Below, piece by piece: positions 29,472 to 38,339 of a stretch of 64,000 nt of DNA; positions within the stretch are counted from its first letter, which is position 1; every line of letters begins with the position of its first letter. The position numbers and the translations under genes were made by a program. The notes beneath the pieces were generated by a model. The model was not told the origin of the DNA. It searched no databases and saw only the letters and a list, made by a program, of their open reading frames with translations. This DNA is from a virus: UHGV virus genome UHGV-0310767; one strand, written 5' to 3'.

Positions 29472-29869
29472 AAATTTTTTGCTAATAAAATCACGTCTTT
29501 CAGATTTTTTATCTGTCTAGTTTTTTCTTAATGTTTTATTATGTGCAAATTGTGTTTAGTGCTTCTCAAAACGTGCAGTATTTAAAAGATAGATTAGTAC
29601 TATACGATTACACAAGCACTAAATGCGATTTGCATATACAATTTCAATTACTTTTTCAATAGGTGTGACTGTATAGGCCATTCAAATAAAACCATTACCA
29701 AAATCCCCATTGTCAGATAATAACATAGTATAGCATACTACGTATCATAGTTTCGATTGGAAAAGGGTGAGTGATAATATATGAGGGTAAAAACTAAAAG
29801 CCCAGGAAATGGCCTTTAAACGCTTTACAGGGCATGTTGACATAATAAGAGCGCGGGATTCCACCTCTA

Positions 29870-31450
29870 TATATTATAATAGATTATATATAATGATGGG
29901 ATTAATAAGTGAATATGATAAGTGGAAGTGCTTACAAATTGTGTGGGAATTGTGTAGGATTATGTAAACCTTTATGTTAGCACTGTCAATAGGTGAGTGC
30001 CAAAAGGTAAGTAAATGATTACAATAAGTATGTGGTGATTATCGACAACGATTTATATTTTGTGGCTGTGAATTGTAAATAGGGATTCATAATTCATAGT
30101 GGATGATAGTAAACACTTGCTTACTATATGGAGAGGGCAGAGGTACATATAATATAATATTATATAATATATAATATGAAAATGAAAATAGGAATCGTTA
30201 TCAATATGTTTCACGTGGAACAATAGGTGGGGAATATGGATGAATGTGTGAGCGTGCAGAGGATGGTATAAAGGAGTACAGAGATGTTACAAGGGCGTGT
30301 ATGGGGTGATGTGGACAATTGTGTAGGGATGGGGTGATTGTGGGTATATGGGCGTTGTACTGCGTGATAGGGAAGATGGGAGATTGAGGGATGGAGAATG
30401 TAAGGGGATTGTGGGGAGAATGTGGGGATAGGGTGGATGGAGATAAGGGAGAGTGTAGGATATGTGAGTGAGAGGATGGAGAAAATGGAATGGGAAGATA
30501 TAGGAAAGTATAGGGTGAGAGGTGGGAAGTGTAGGGAGATATGGGAGAGGTGAGAGTGGGAGAATGTGGGTGAATGTATCTCATATTTTGAGGGTTCGCC
30601 ATTACCCTATTATAATATATACATATGTACTCTGTGACATTTCGGACGGACTGAAAACGCTTTCAACCAATACTTTTCATTAGGTAGCGTCAAAAAATTA
30701 ACAAAAACTCAAGGTTTTACCTTAAAAGTGTACATAATATGTATTATGGACGCTTTTTGGATATGGATACACCAACTGCGCATCCCCCCATTCCCCGGCC
30801 TTTTGGCAATTGTCAGAAAATTCACCTTAGATGGGGGGGTACTTTCAGACAATTCGGATATACGAATTTCAAGAATGAGGTATAGCTGTCCCACCACGAA
30901 CTATTTCACTATCTCACCCTCCATCTCATTTATTAATATATATTAATATACTATTATATATTATATTTATATATACCCCTCTATCCCCCTCCTATCTCCC
31001 CTCTCCTATCCATCTCCCACTCAACACATCCCCTACCCTTCCCCCATACTTTTAAAATTTAATTTTAACTCTACACCCTATCCCTTACACTACTATAATT
31101 TATACCACTCCCCTCAGTTTCCCCTATACCTTTCCCTACACTTTTAATCTTCCCTACTCAACTGCACTTTTTATCAATACTTCCGCACCTTGCCTACCTC
31201 AACTTTTTCAATCTCCATTGACGGCAACTCCAATTTTTTCATAAATCACTTCTACGCCTTACACTTTTTAGTAGCACCCCTCTAATTTTCATAACAATTC
31301 AGTACCACTTTTAACCACCCCAAAATTGAGCAAAATTTCTCAAAAATTTTTTGATGCCACCCAAATTTTGGAATCTTAAGCCCCATTCTGATTTGAGCGG
31401 ATTGTGGTGTGATTCTGTCTGGTTACAACCTCATACACGCCATATCTGGC
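29870..31450. other. strand-asymmetric noncoding block: plus strand G/A/T-rich and nearly C-free (about 29870-30600, pure over about 30370-30588), ~350-bp centre, then C/A/T-rich and nearly G-free (about 30960-31450)
   Basis: direct reading of base composition; G3+ tract clusters (e.g. gggatggggtgattgtgggtatatggg); C7...G7 inverted tracts at the centre (about 30786-30850). Confidence 0.6.
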
Positions 31451-31654
31451 CCTTTTACATCTTATCGTGACCAATCCTCCATTTCGCCTATTGAGCCGCT
31501 TCTACTCTCTTGTACTCGTTCATATTTTTTTAAAAATTAAATTTAAAAAAAGAGAACCGACTAAATTCGATTCTCTTATAAGCGTTTTAAGTTTATTTTT
31601 CTAAACATTGCTAAATATAAAGTTTTTATTTAAATCTTTTTTTATTACAATTTA

Positions 31655-32221
31655 TCAATGATAGCCGTTTTCTCTGTCCCACACTTTTCTGTAGTGGTCG
31701 AACATGCCAATATCTGCCGCAAAACTAGTAGTATAGATTGCATCAATATCAAAACTATCATCTTCATCTTCTTCATTGTTTCGATTGGTCAAATCGCTTT
31801 TGTAGGTGTTTAAATCCATCCATCCATGACCATTTAATCTGCCGCTTGTTCCAATGCCCCGTAACACGCCAGTACTGGAAACTGGGGTATTTTTCATATC
31901 TGTATTAAGCATTACTAAATATAAACTTCCGCTTCGTGTCTCCACAATCATTCCTGACTTTAGGAAATCTTTGGGGGCGATATCTTCTTCTTTTGGAGGG
32001 GCCGGGATTGGGGCCGTGTCTGTGAACTGAATATGCTCCACTCTGGGGATTACCATTTTTCCGCTGGGGAGTTTTACCAAGGCAACAGGATATTGTCCTA
32101 ACGAACCTCCTGTCTGATAATCCTTATCATAATTGGTGCTAAAGCCGCAAAACTCGCCGTCTTTGAAAAGTACATATCCTAATTTTTCATCCCAATATTT
32201 ACCACAACATTTACCTTCCAT
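31655..32221 (-). CDS. hypothetical protein
   Basis: 188-aa ORF. Confidence 0.4.
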   Translation of the reverse strand: MEGKCCGKYWDEKLGYVLFKDGEFCGFSTNYDKDYQTGGSLGQYPVALVKLPSGKMVIPRVEHIQFTDTAPIPAPPKEEDIAPKDFLKSGMIVETRSGSLYLVMLNTDMKNTPVSSTGVLRGIGTSGRLNGHGWMDLNTYKSDLTNRNNEEDEDDSFDIDAIYTTSFAADIGMFDHYRKVWDRENGYH

Positions 32222-32232
32222 ATTTTTCCTCC

Positions 32233-32574
32233 TTAAAATGAAAATGGGTCTTTATTTTCCAGGGATTCCACTTCTTCCCAATCCTCGTTTTCTGATGGGA
32301 ATAATGGGGTTTTCTTATTGGGGTTCTTTGGTTCCTTTGGAGTGGGAGTTTCATAGCGGTCGGCATAAATAACCAATTCATTGATTATTTCTTTCCTGCC
32401 ATCCGTAGTGAAACCAACTATATTTAATAGTTGTGCACCAAACTCATTGTGGCGTACAGAATAATCAGCGAATACCACTCTCAGATTCTTCCCTTTGATT
32501 TCATCATCATTAAGTATGTTTCTTAAAGCGTCTGTTGTTAAAAACATTTTGTTGGGTTGGGGATTTTTCATCAT
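32233..32574 (-). CDS. hypothetical protein
   Basis: 113-aa ORF. Confidence 0.35.
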   Translation of the reverse strand: MMKNPQPNKMFLTTDALRNILNDDEIKGKNLRVVFADYSVRHNEFGAQLLNIVGFTTDGRKEIINELVIYADRYETPTPKEPKNPNKKTPLFPSENEDWEEVESLENKDPFSF

Positions 32575-33116
32575 GATTTTTCTCCTTCATCAATTAGATA
32601 TTTGTAGCGGTCAAGTAATTTTTTAATATCACTAGACCTACAGTGGCACCAGAATCTTTCTCCATTTTCATATTCAGCGCATACGCCTACATCCAATATG
32701 TCACCAGAAAACATTGCCATTTTAGGAATGATTTCAGTAGAGTGGCCTATTACGTTCATCTTATTCTTAACACAATAACTTGCCATTTCATAAGGAGTCC
32801 CATAAACCCATGCATTCCACATTTCGTGATAGCCGATTTCATCCCTATGCAATCTGTTCTGAATGTTTTTCAAAATTTCTTTAGCTTTGTCTTTGTATTT
32901 TTCTTCAATTTCCTTTTCTGTTAATTCTACGTAGAACATATAGGATGCATCTATTTTTTCTTCTCTTTCTCCTTTACCCCACATATCCACTGTAACATAG
33001 GCGGCATTAACAGATTTGACAATACCAGAAAACATTCTTTGCCAGCCACCACCTTTTGTACCTTTAATTTCCTGGCCTACTTTTAAATTTTTAGAAGTTA
33101 TCAATTTAGTTTCCAT
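32571..33116 (-). CDS. hypothetical protein
   Basis: 181-aa ORF. Confidence 0.4.
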   Translation of the reverse strand: METKLITSKNLKVGQEIKGTKGGGWQRMFSGIVKSVNAAYVTVDMWGKGEREEKIDASYMFYVELTEKEIEEKYKDKAKEILKNIQNRLHRDEIGYHEMWNAWVYGTPYEMASYCVKNKMNVIGHSTEIIPKMAMFSGDILDVGVCAEYENGERFWCHCRSSDIKKLLDRYKYLIDEGEKS

Positions 33117-33347
33117 TTATTTTTCCTTCTTGCGAAATTTGCAATTGATGGTTATGGCCCTCATATATTGGCTGAATATTTCTAATTCATCTGCTGTTAA
33201 ACCATCCTCCGTCTGAGAAATATATGCTGTGGAATTTTTTATTATAGGAACCATTCTTACACCTATTTGGTTGCCACGAGTTTTTAAAAATAAAATAACT
33301 TTAATTAAACCAAAGGAACCAGTTCAGTCAATAATCATGCCAGTGAG

Positions 33348-33368
33348 ATTTTACTTTACGAATTGAAG
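33348..33368 (-). repeat. conserved 21-nt motif, copy 4 (inverted orientation; minus strand reads CTTCAATTCGTAAAGTAAAAT)
   Basis: plus strand attttactttacgaattgaag; overlaps the stop codon of small ORF 33356..33511. Confidence 0.6.
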
Positions 33369-33511
33369 AAGTAAATACATCTAGGTTCACTTTTAAAATT
33401 CATAGCATATGCTTTTACTGTAATAGAATCAATTTCTTTTACAAATTTTTCAAAATCATTTCTATGAGTACAAACATTTCTATGAATACAATTTTCACAA
33501 GCGTCACTCAT
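33356..33511 (-). CDS. small Cys-containing protein (51 aa, CxxC...C)
   Basis: not in ORF track; strong AGGAGG RBS 6 nt upstream of ATG; MSDACENCIHRNVCTH... Confidence 0.45.
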   Translation of the reverse strand: MSDACENCIHRNVCTHRNDFEKFVKEIDSITVKAYAMNFKSEPRCIYFFNS

Positions 33512-33525
33512 AACCGTTCCTCCTT

Positions 33526-33762
33526 TTAAGCTGGTGTATAACTGTTGTACAGCTTTATAGCATCTTTTAATTTAATGAATGAGGTTTCAACCACTTTTAA
33601 GGGGCCGTTCTCCACAAAAGATTCTTTAATGACCACATAAGAAATTTTGTCGAAATTGGGAATCTGAGGATTGATACAGCCAAATAACATTACTCTCATT
33701 TCGCTGTCCTTATACTCACTCATGATGAACTTCTTAAACAATTCTTCTCTTACTTTATTCAT
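33526..33762 (-). CDS. hypothetical protein
   Basis: 78-aa ORF. Confidence 0.35.
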   Translation of the reverse strand: MNKVREELFKKFIMSEYKDSEMRVMLFGCINPQIPNFDKISYVVIKESFVENGPLKVVETSFIKLKDAIKLYNSYTPA

Positions 33763-33779
33763 TTCTTATTCTCCTTTTA

Positions 33780-34064
33780 TTATAATATTTTTATTGTTTT
33801 TATGTTATAATGAAAATTTAAATAATCTTTAAGAATATTTAAATCATCATTTTCATTTTCTCCACTTATTCTAAATTCTATTGTGTCTTTTAGTAATTCA
33901 GTATTGCGGTTAAATTCAGTAATGCCTAATAAACTTTTGGCATTTACTTCTTTTCTTATGGTTTTATTAACCAATCTTACATCACTGTTTAAAGTACAGG
34001 TGCAAGAAACAACAGATGGAAAATTATGGGGATAACTTTTAAAACAAAATGAAAATATTTTCAT
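33780..34064 (-). CDS. hypothetical protein
   Basis: 94-aa ORF. Confidence 0.3.
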   Translation of the reverse strand: MKIFSFCFKSYPHNFPSVVSCTCTLNSDVRLVNKTIRKEVNAKSLLGITEFNRNTELLKDTIEFRISGENENDDLNILKDYLNFHYNIKTIKIL

Positions 34065-34082
34065 AATATTTTTCTTCTTTCT

Positions 34083-34367
34083 TTACAAGAACAGCCAGGA
34101 GTACAGGCGGAAAAATGGATACAGGATAACCCTGATGATTGATAGGATACAAGTTAGTACAAACAAGAATAAGAAACTCAACACATCAAAGGATAACATC
34201 CACCAGCGTGTATAAACATTTACCTTGTGCTTCGTTTTACCATGCCACCAGCATTTTAAATGAAACAATTGATAAATAAAACCCTGATTAAAACATGTAC
34301 CTTTAACAGATATTGTTTTTTCACAAATAGAACATTTTGCTTCCATTTTAGTAATTATATCCATCAT
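34083..34367 (-). CDS. hypothetical protein with C-terminal TM segment
   Basis: 94-aa ORF; Cys-rich N-terminus, hydrophobic C-terminus. Confidence 0.3.
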   Translation of the reverse strand: MMDIITKMEAKCSICEKTISVKGTCFNQGFIYQLFHLKCWWHGKTKHKVNVYTRWWMLSFDVLSFLFLFVLTCILSIIRVILYPFFRLYSWLFL

Positions 34368-34370
34368 AGT

Positions 34371-34598
34371 TTATTTAATTCCCTTCCTTTCTTTTTTATA
34401 TTTTATATATTTTTCATATATTTCATTCATTTGTTTCATAATATTTTCATCGTTAAAATCTTTTTCAGATAATTGTGCTCTACTTCTTCCTACAGCACAT
34501 GGAGAAACTTTATATTCTTTATCAAATAAATTAAAATCGGATATTACTGTACATTCTCCCATACTGTTCTCAAATTTACAGCCACTTCCATAACACAT
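34371..34598 (-). CDS. hypothetical protein
   Basis: 75 aa; TAGGAGG RBS; downstream of promoter 34628-34656. Confidence 0.4.
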   Translation of the reverse strand: MCYGSGCKFENSMGECTVISDFNLFDKEYKVSPCAVGRSRAQLSEKDFNDENIMKQMNEIYEKYIKYKKERKGIK

Positions 34599-34627
34599 AT
34601 ATTGTTCCTCCTAAAGATTATATTTAT

Positions 34628-34656
34628 ACTATATCATATAAATTATAATATGTCAA
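34628..34656 (-). promoter_or_regulatory. sigma-A promoter (TTGACA-N17-TATAGT on minus strand)
   Basis: plus tgtcaa 34651-34656, actata 34628-34633. Confidence 0.5.
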
Positions 34657-34673
34657 TAGATTTATTTTATTTT

Positions 34674-34694
34674 CTTCAATTCGTAAAGTAAAAT
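34674..34694 (+). repeat. conserved 21-nt motif, copy 3
   Basis: CTTCAATTCGTAAAGTAAAAT identical to copy 1. Confidence 0.6.
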
Positions 34695-34784
34695 AACTTC
34701 CCAGCACAAACCGGAATCACGTAACAAAAAATATTTTTGTATATGAAACTATTACTGTGAGTTCGTATATGCGAATTTTAGGGG

Positions 34785-34813
34785 TTGACAAGAGGGCCGA
34801 GAGGGGGTATAAA
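34785..34813 (+). promoter_or_regulatory. consensus sigma-A promoter on plus strand (TTGACA-N17-TATAAA) in a minus-strand gene block
   Basis: ttgaca 34785-34790, 17-nt GC-rich spacer, tataaa 34808-34813. Confidence 0.5.
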
Positions 34814-34819
34814 TGAGAA

Positions 34820-35037
34820 AAGCCAACCCCTCGTTGCCTGAGAGGACCTCTGTTGTGAGAGGAACAGCTTTTACTCACTACCTAGTTATCGTCTAGGCCA
34901 TGAACAAAAGTGGGAACTAATATCTTCCCATTTTCCAAACCTAAAGCGTTGAATAGTTTTTAATCATCTATTTTTTATTTATAGGGATTTCTCCCCTATG
35001 AAACAGAAAACCTCCCAATTACTGGGAGGTTTTTAAT
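34820..35037 (+). ncRNA. candidate small RNA (~220 nt) with own promoter and terminator, GC-rich relative to surroundings
   Basis: no ORF with RBS; GAGAGG repeats; internal hairpin atagggatttctcccctat; ends at terminator 35007-35035. Confidence 0.3.
35007..35035. terminator. bidirectional intrinsic terminator (aacctccca / tgggaggtt, then TTTTT)
   Basis: 9-bp GC-rich stem, 5-nt loop, T-run. Confidence 0.55.
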
Positions 35038-35225
35038 TTTATTAATATTTCTTCCATGTCTAAAATTTTTTCAATATTTCCACTACAACATGGAGGTTCA
35101 ATAGGTGGCCCACCATAACAAGTCATTGCATGAGGACAATCTTCATCGTAAATACAATATTTACATATATCTTCTGGATTTTCTTCTACCCAATTTAAAA
35201 CTTTCTTTCTATCATTTTCATTCAT
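35019..35225 (-). CDS. hypothetical Cys-rich small protein
   Basis: 68 aa; CKYCIYDEDCPH...CCSGN. Confidence 0.35.
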   Translation of the reverse strand: MNENDRKKVLNWVEENPEDICKYCIYDEDCPHAMTCYGGPPIEPPCCSGNIEKILDMEEILIKLKTSQ

Positions 35226-35241
35226 TAATTCACCTTATTGT

Positions 35242-35553
35242 TTACTGTAACTTTCCACAATATTTGCAATATTTATCAAGAATATTAATTGTGGATTTAC
35301 ATGAGTTACATTTTCTTTTACCACCAGCTTCATGTAGAATAATAGGAGAAACAGGTTCAATTCTAAATTGAGAAGATTCCCATTCTTTTCCAAACCCGGC
35401 AGAAGCAATTTTAACAGATGGTCTACTTGTATCAGATTTTCCATCCAAAGTAATTAATACTTCTTTGTCTTTAATATTTCCAGTATACATTTGGCTAAAT
35501 TCTTTTAAGATAATAGCCCTGTCAATTTGTTTTTGTAACTCTCCCAATGTCAT
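35242..35553 (-). CDS. hypothetical protein with C-terminal zinc-ribbon
   Basis: 103 aa; CNSCKS...CKYCGK. Confidence 0.35.
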   Translation of the reverse strand: MTLGELQKQIDRAIILKEFSQMYTGNIKDKEVLITLDGKSDTSRPSVKIASAGFGKEWESSQFRIEPVSPIILHEAGGKRKCNSCKSTINILDKYCKYCGKLQ

Positions 35554-35558
35554 AAATA

Positions 35559-36281
35559 TTATTCCTCCTTTCTTTCAAGGGTAATAAAATGACTTACTTC
35601 TTCTTCGTAGGGCAAAGTTTCAAAAAAGATAGCTAAGTCTCTTAATTCTTTCTGTTTGTGGTTTCTTCTTGCAAAATAAAAGGCTCTTGCAGTTTGTGCA
35701 GAACAAGTGTAACTTGAAGTAAAATTAAAACTCTGGGGTAAATCCTGTATAATTTGCCTAAATATATCTTCCCTTTCTTCTGAATCTGTAGGTAAAGAAT
35801 TAAATTCTTCGATAAGATTATTCAAATGTAAAAGAGTTGTTTCACGGTAGATATTAGATATTACATTTCCCTTTGAATCATCATAACTAAAATCATCAAT
35901 AGTCAAAGGACGGCTTACAATCTTATGCATACGACTGGTTGAATTTTTTACAGTAGCAACTTTATAGGTATCTATGTCCCACCATGCTGTCATAGGGGCA
36001 GTAAGCAAAAAAGAAAGCTGTACCTGTCTAAGCCATTTTCCATGGTCTGTTCCTGCCAGTATTAAGTTTTCTGCCAGTTTCTTATCTTTGGGGCCAATAA
36101 AAACATCTAAGACTTTATGAAAACTTTTTACCTGATTAAGTTTGATTATTTTAGTAAATTGGTTATAACGATTATAAACATAGCATTCACTATCTGATAA
36201 ATGATTGCTATTCATTGGCAATCTCATACCATATAAAGCATTTGCTAATCCAGATACTTCTAATTTTTCAACTTTTATCAT
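35559..36281 (-). CDS. ThyX-like (flavin-dependent thymidylate synthase fold) protein with degenerate RHR motif
   Basis: 240 aa; aligns to ThyX HG...F.F..AP...W.RHRIAS....SGR as HGKW..SFLLTAPMTAWW.TYKVAT....STSR; RH replaced by TY. Confidence 0.3.
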   Translation of the reverse strand: MIKVEKLEVSGLANALYGMRLPMNSNHLSDSECYVYNRYNQFTKIIKLNQVKSFHKVLDVFIGPKDKKLAENLILAGTDHGKWLRQVQLSFLLTAPMTAWWDIDTYKVATVKNSTSRMHKIVSRPLTIDDFSYDDSKGNVISNIYRETTLLHLNNLIEEFNSLPTDSEEREDIFRQIIQDLPQSFNFTSSYTCSAQTARAFYFARRNHKQKELRDLAIFFETLPYEEEVSHFITLERKEE

Positions 36282-36379
36282 TATGATTCCTCCACTTATT
36301 TATCGTTAACAGTTATTTTAACATTAGTAACTTCTATGTTGAAATTTTTAATTTTTCCTAACCATTCTAAATCCTAATT

Positions 36380-36649
36380 TTATATAGTAAAGCACATATT
36401 CTGCCACTTTTTGTAGGCATCCATATAAAGTTCGTTTCTATCACCGTTAAAGGTCAGTTCGTAATACATACCATCCGGCGCATTTGTTGATAATAATGCC
36501 TTATGATTTTGCAAAGTTTTGCAGTACCAAACCACATACACATCCTCAACCGAAATGCTTACATTGTCAGTCCTCTCACTATGTGCATTAAAATACCCAG
36601 CAACATGCTCTTTGCAAATCTCTAAAAATTCTTTACTTCCCATATTCAT
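36380..36649 (-). CDS. hypothetical protein
   Basis: 89-aa ORF. Confidence 0.35.
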   Translation of the reverse strand: MNMGSKEFLEICKEHVAGYFNAHSERTDNVSISVEDVYVVWYCKTLQNHKALLSTNAPDGMYYELTFNGDRNELYMDAYKKWQNMCFTI

Positions 36650-36827
36650 AATCCTCCAAATCCTGTTTTACTTGGGTTTCAATGGTTTCTGTCATTCTTT
36701 TTTTATCTTTGCAAACTTCTTTTAATTCTTCTTCTGTAAAAATATCGGCATCAAAAGTTTCTTTTGAGAAAGCTTCCAATATAATTTTTACATCACATTC
36801 TCCTATCAATGTTTTCTTTTTATTCAT
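36633..36827 (-). CDS. hypothetical protein
   Basis: 64-aa ORF. Confidence 0.3.
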   Translation of the reverse strand: MNKKKTLIGECDVKIILEAFSKETFDADIFTEEELKEVCKDKKRMTETIETQVKQDLEDYEYGK

Positions 36828-37743
36828 ATTTTTCCTCCAATTTTCCCATTAATTTTAAATTTTCTTTAATACGAAATGGACATGAAAGATTAATTGTAGC
36901 GTCAATAATCTTTTTAAGTTCTGTTACTTGGGATAACATTTCACTTCGTAATAATTTAGATTGTATCCTATAGTTTAATTCTTTATATATATTTTCTTTA
37001 TTGGTGGATAGCCCACTTTTATTTAAAGTTAGATGATAAACTTTATAATAACCTTCCCACCCAGGGAAATTTTCTCTTAATTTTTGTGAAGCAATTTTTT
37101 TAAATAAATAAATACGATTTTCATTTCTGTAAATTTCACTCATTTTAGTGAATCCTAATTCTTTTAAAGTTTCTTCTTCAAGTCTAATAATTTTGGATTC
37201 TTCTAGTGATTCCATAGGAATTGTATAGGTATCTGTATAAGTATTATAGCTTTTATAAATTCTATACCCTTGACGGCATTTAATCAAAGATTTAGATTCT
37301 AAACTCTTTAGTATATCTTTTACAAGTCTGCTTAAAAGATTATAAGATTTAATCATATAGTCTTTTAATTCCATGGGGTCACTATTCAAAATACTAGAAG
37401 AATCATCAATGTTATAACGACAATAGCCATAGTCACTATTTACAATTCCACATGACGTAAGAATTTCCATCATGGAAAGACATTGATTATGTCCTTCTTG
37501 TTGAGATAATAGATTGCTTAATATGGCTTCTAGGAGTTTTTGATACATTCCTCTTAATTCTTTTTCGTTTTTTTCATCTTCTGTATATTGTTTTTTAAAA
37601 TTATAGAATCCATTTTTGACAGTAAATTCATAATCTTTTTTTAATATATTTATTTGGCTTCGCTGTTTTGAACCACTACAAGGAACCCAATTAAAGATAG
37701 CACAAATATCACGATAACGATAATTTTTGCCATACTCAATCAT
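36820..37743 (-). CDS. hypothetical protein
   Basis: 307-aa ORF. Confidence 0.45.
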   Translation of the reverse strand: MIEYGKNYRYRDICAIFNWVPCSGSKQRSQINILKKDYEFTVKNGFYNFKKQYTEDEKNEKELRGMYQKLLEAILSNLLSQQEGHNQCLSMMEILTSCGIVNSDYGYCRYNIDDSSSILNSDPMELKDYMIKSYNLLSRLVKDILKSLESKSLIKCRQGYRIYKSYNTYTDTYTIPMESLEESKIIRLEEETLKELGFTKMSEIYRNENRIYLFKKIASQKLRENFPGWEGYYKVYHLTLNKSGLSTNKENIYKELNYRIQSKLLRSEMLSQVTELKKIIDATINLSCPFRIKENLKLMGKLEEKYE

Positions 37744-38332
37744 AAATATATTTACCTATCTGCTGTTCAAACAAATGATGATAAAATAATTTTGCTTTAT
37801 CCTCTAAAGATTCAAGGTCTTTGTTATTGTATACTACAAAATCATAGCGATAATTCTCTATGTCTTTATCGGCATGATTAGAGGTAACAGTGGGAACATT
37901 GGGATTTTTTACAAGTAAAGTATGACAAGTATTAGAACCAAAATAATTTACATATCTTTGAATTTCTTTTGGTTCGCGTGAATGAACAAAAATAAGTCCA
38001 TCACCATTATTAAAATCATTAATATTTTTTATTGCCGTATTAATGTTTTTTATAGTTTCTTTGTAAGGTACATCATCCCAGCTAGAAAGTAAATCTTTTA
38101 AATCACTTAAAAATTTACGATTACTTTCAATTTTTGAACCATCCCATCCAGCTATAATAGCTAGACTTTTAACTAAATTAACAGAATCAATATTACACAT
38201 AATTCGTAGGGAAATAAGGGTATTTTCATCTATTGCTGAATTATTTGAATTATATGCTAATTTTAAACATAATTTAGCAAAAGTATCTTTACCTTTTCCT
38301 CCACTACCATTGATGATGATAACATGATACAT
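37736..38332 (-). CDS. P-loop nucleotide kinase-like protein (putative dNMP kinase)
   Basis: 198 aa; N-terminal Walker A IINGSGGKGKDT. Confidence 0.45.
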   Translation of the reverse strand: MYHVIIINGSGGKGKDTFAKLCLKLAYNSNNSAIDENTLISLRIMCNIDSVNLVKSLAIIAGWDGSKIESNRKFLSDLKDLLSSWDDVPYKETIKNINTAIKNINDFNNGDGLIFVHSREPKEIQRYVNYFGSNTCHTLLVKNPNVPTVTSNHADKDIENYRYDFVVYNNKDLESLEDKAKLFYHHLFEQQIGKYIYD

Positions 38333-38339
38333 ATTTAAC

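Noticed and set aside
30201-30602. 133-aa Pro/Ser/His-rich ORF on the minus strand inside the C-free block
   Set aside because: The ORF exists only because a G-free (minus-strand) sequence cannot form TAG or TGA stops. It is extreme low-complexity with no RBS. Treated as noncoding.
30709-30946. Two overlapping small ORFs (62 and 72 aa) at the centre of the skew region
   Set aside because: No RBS, odd composition and overlap on both strands. Most likely noncoding structural DNA or RNA.
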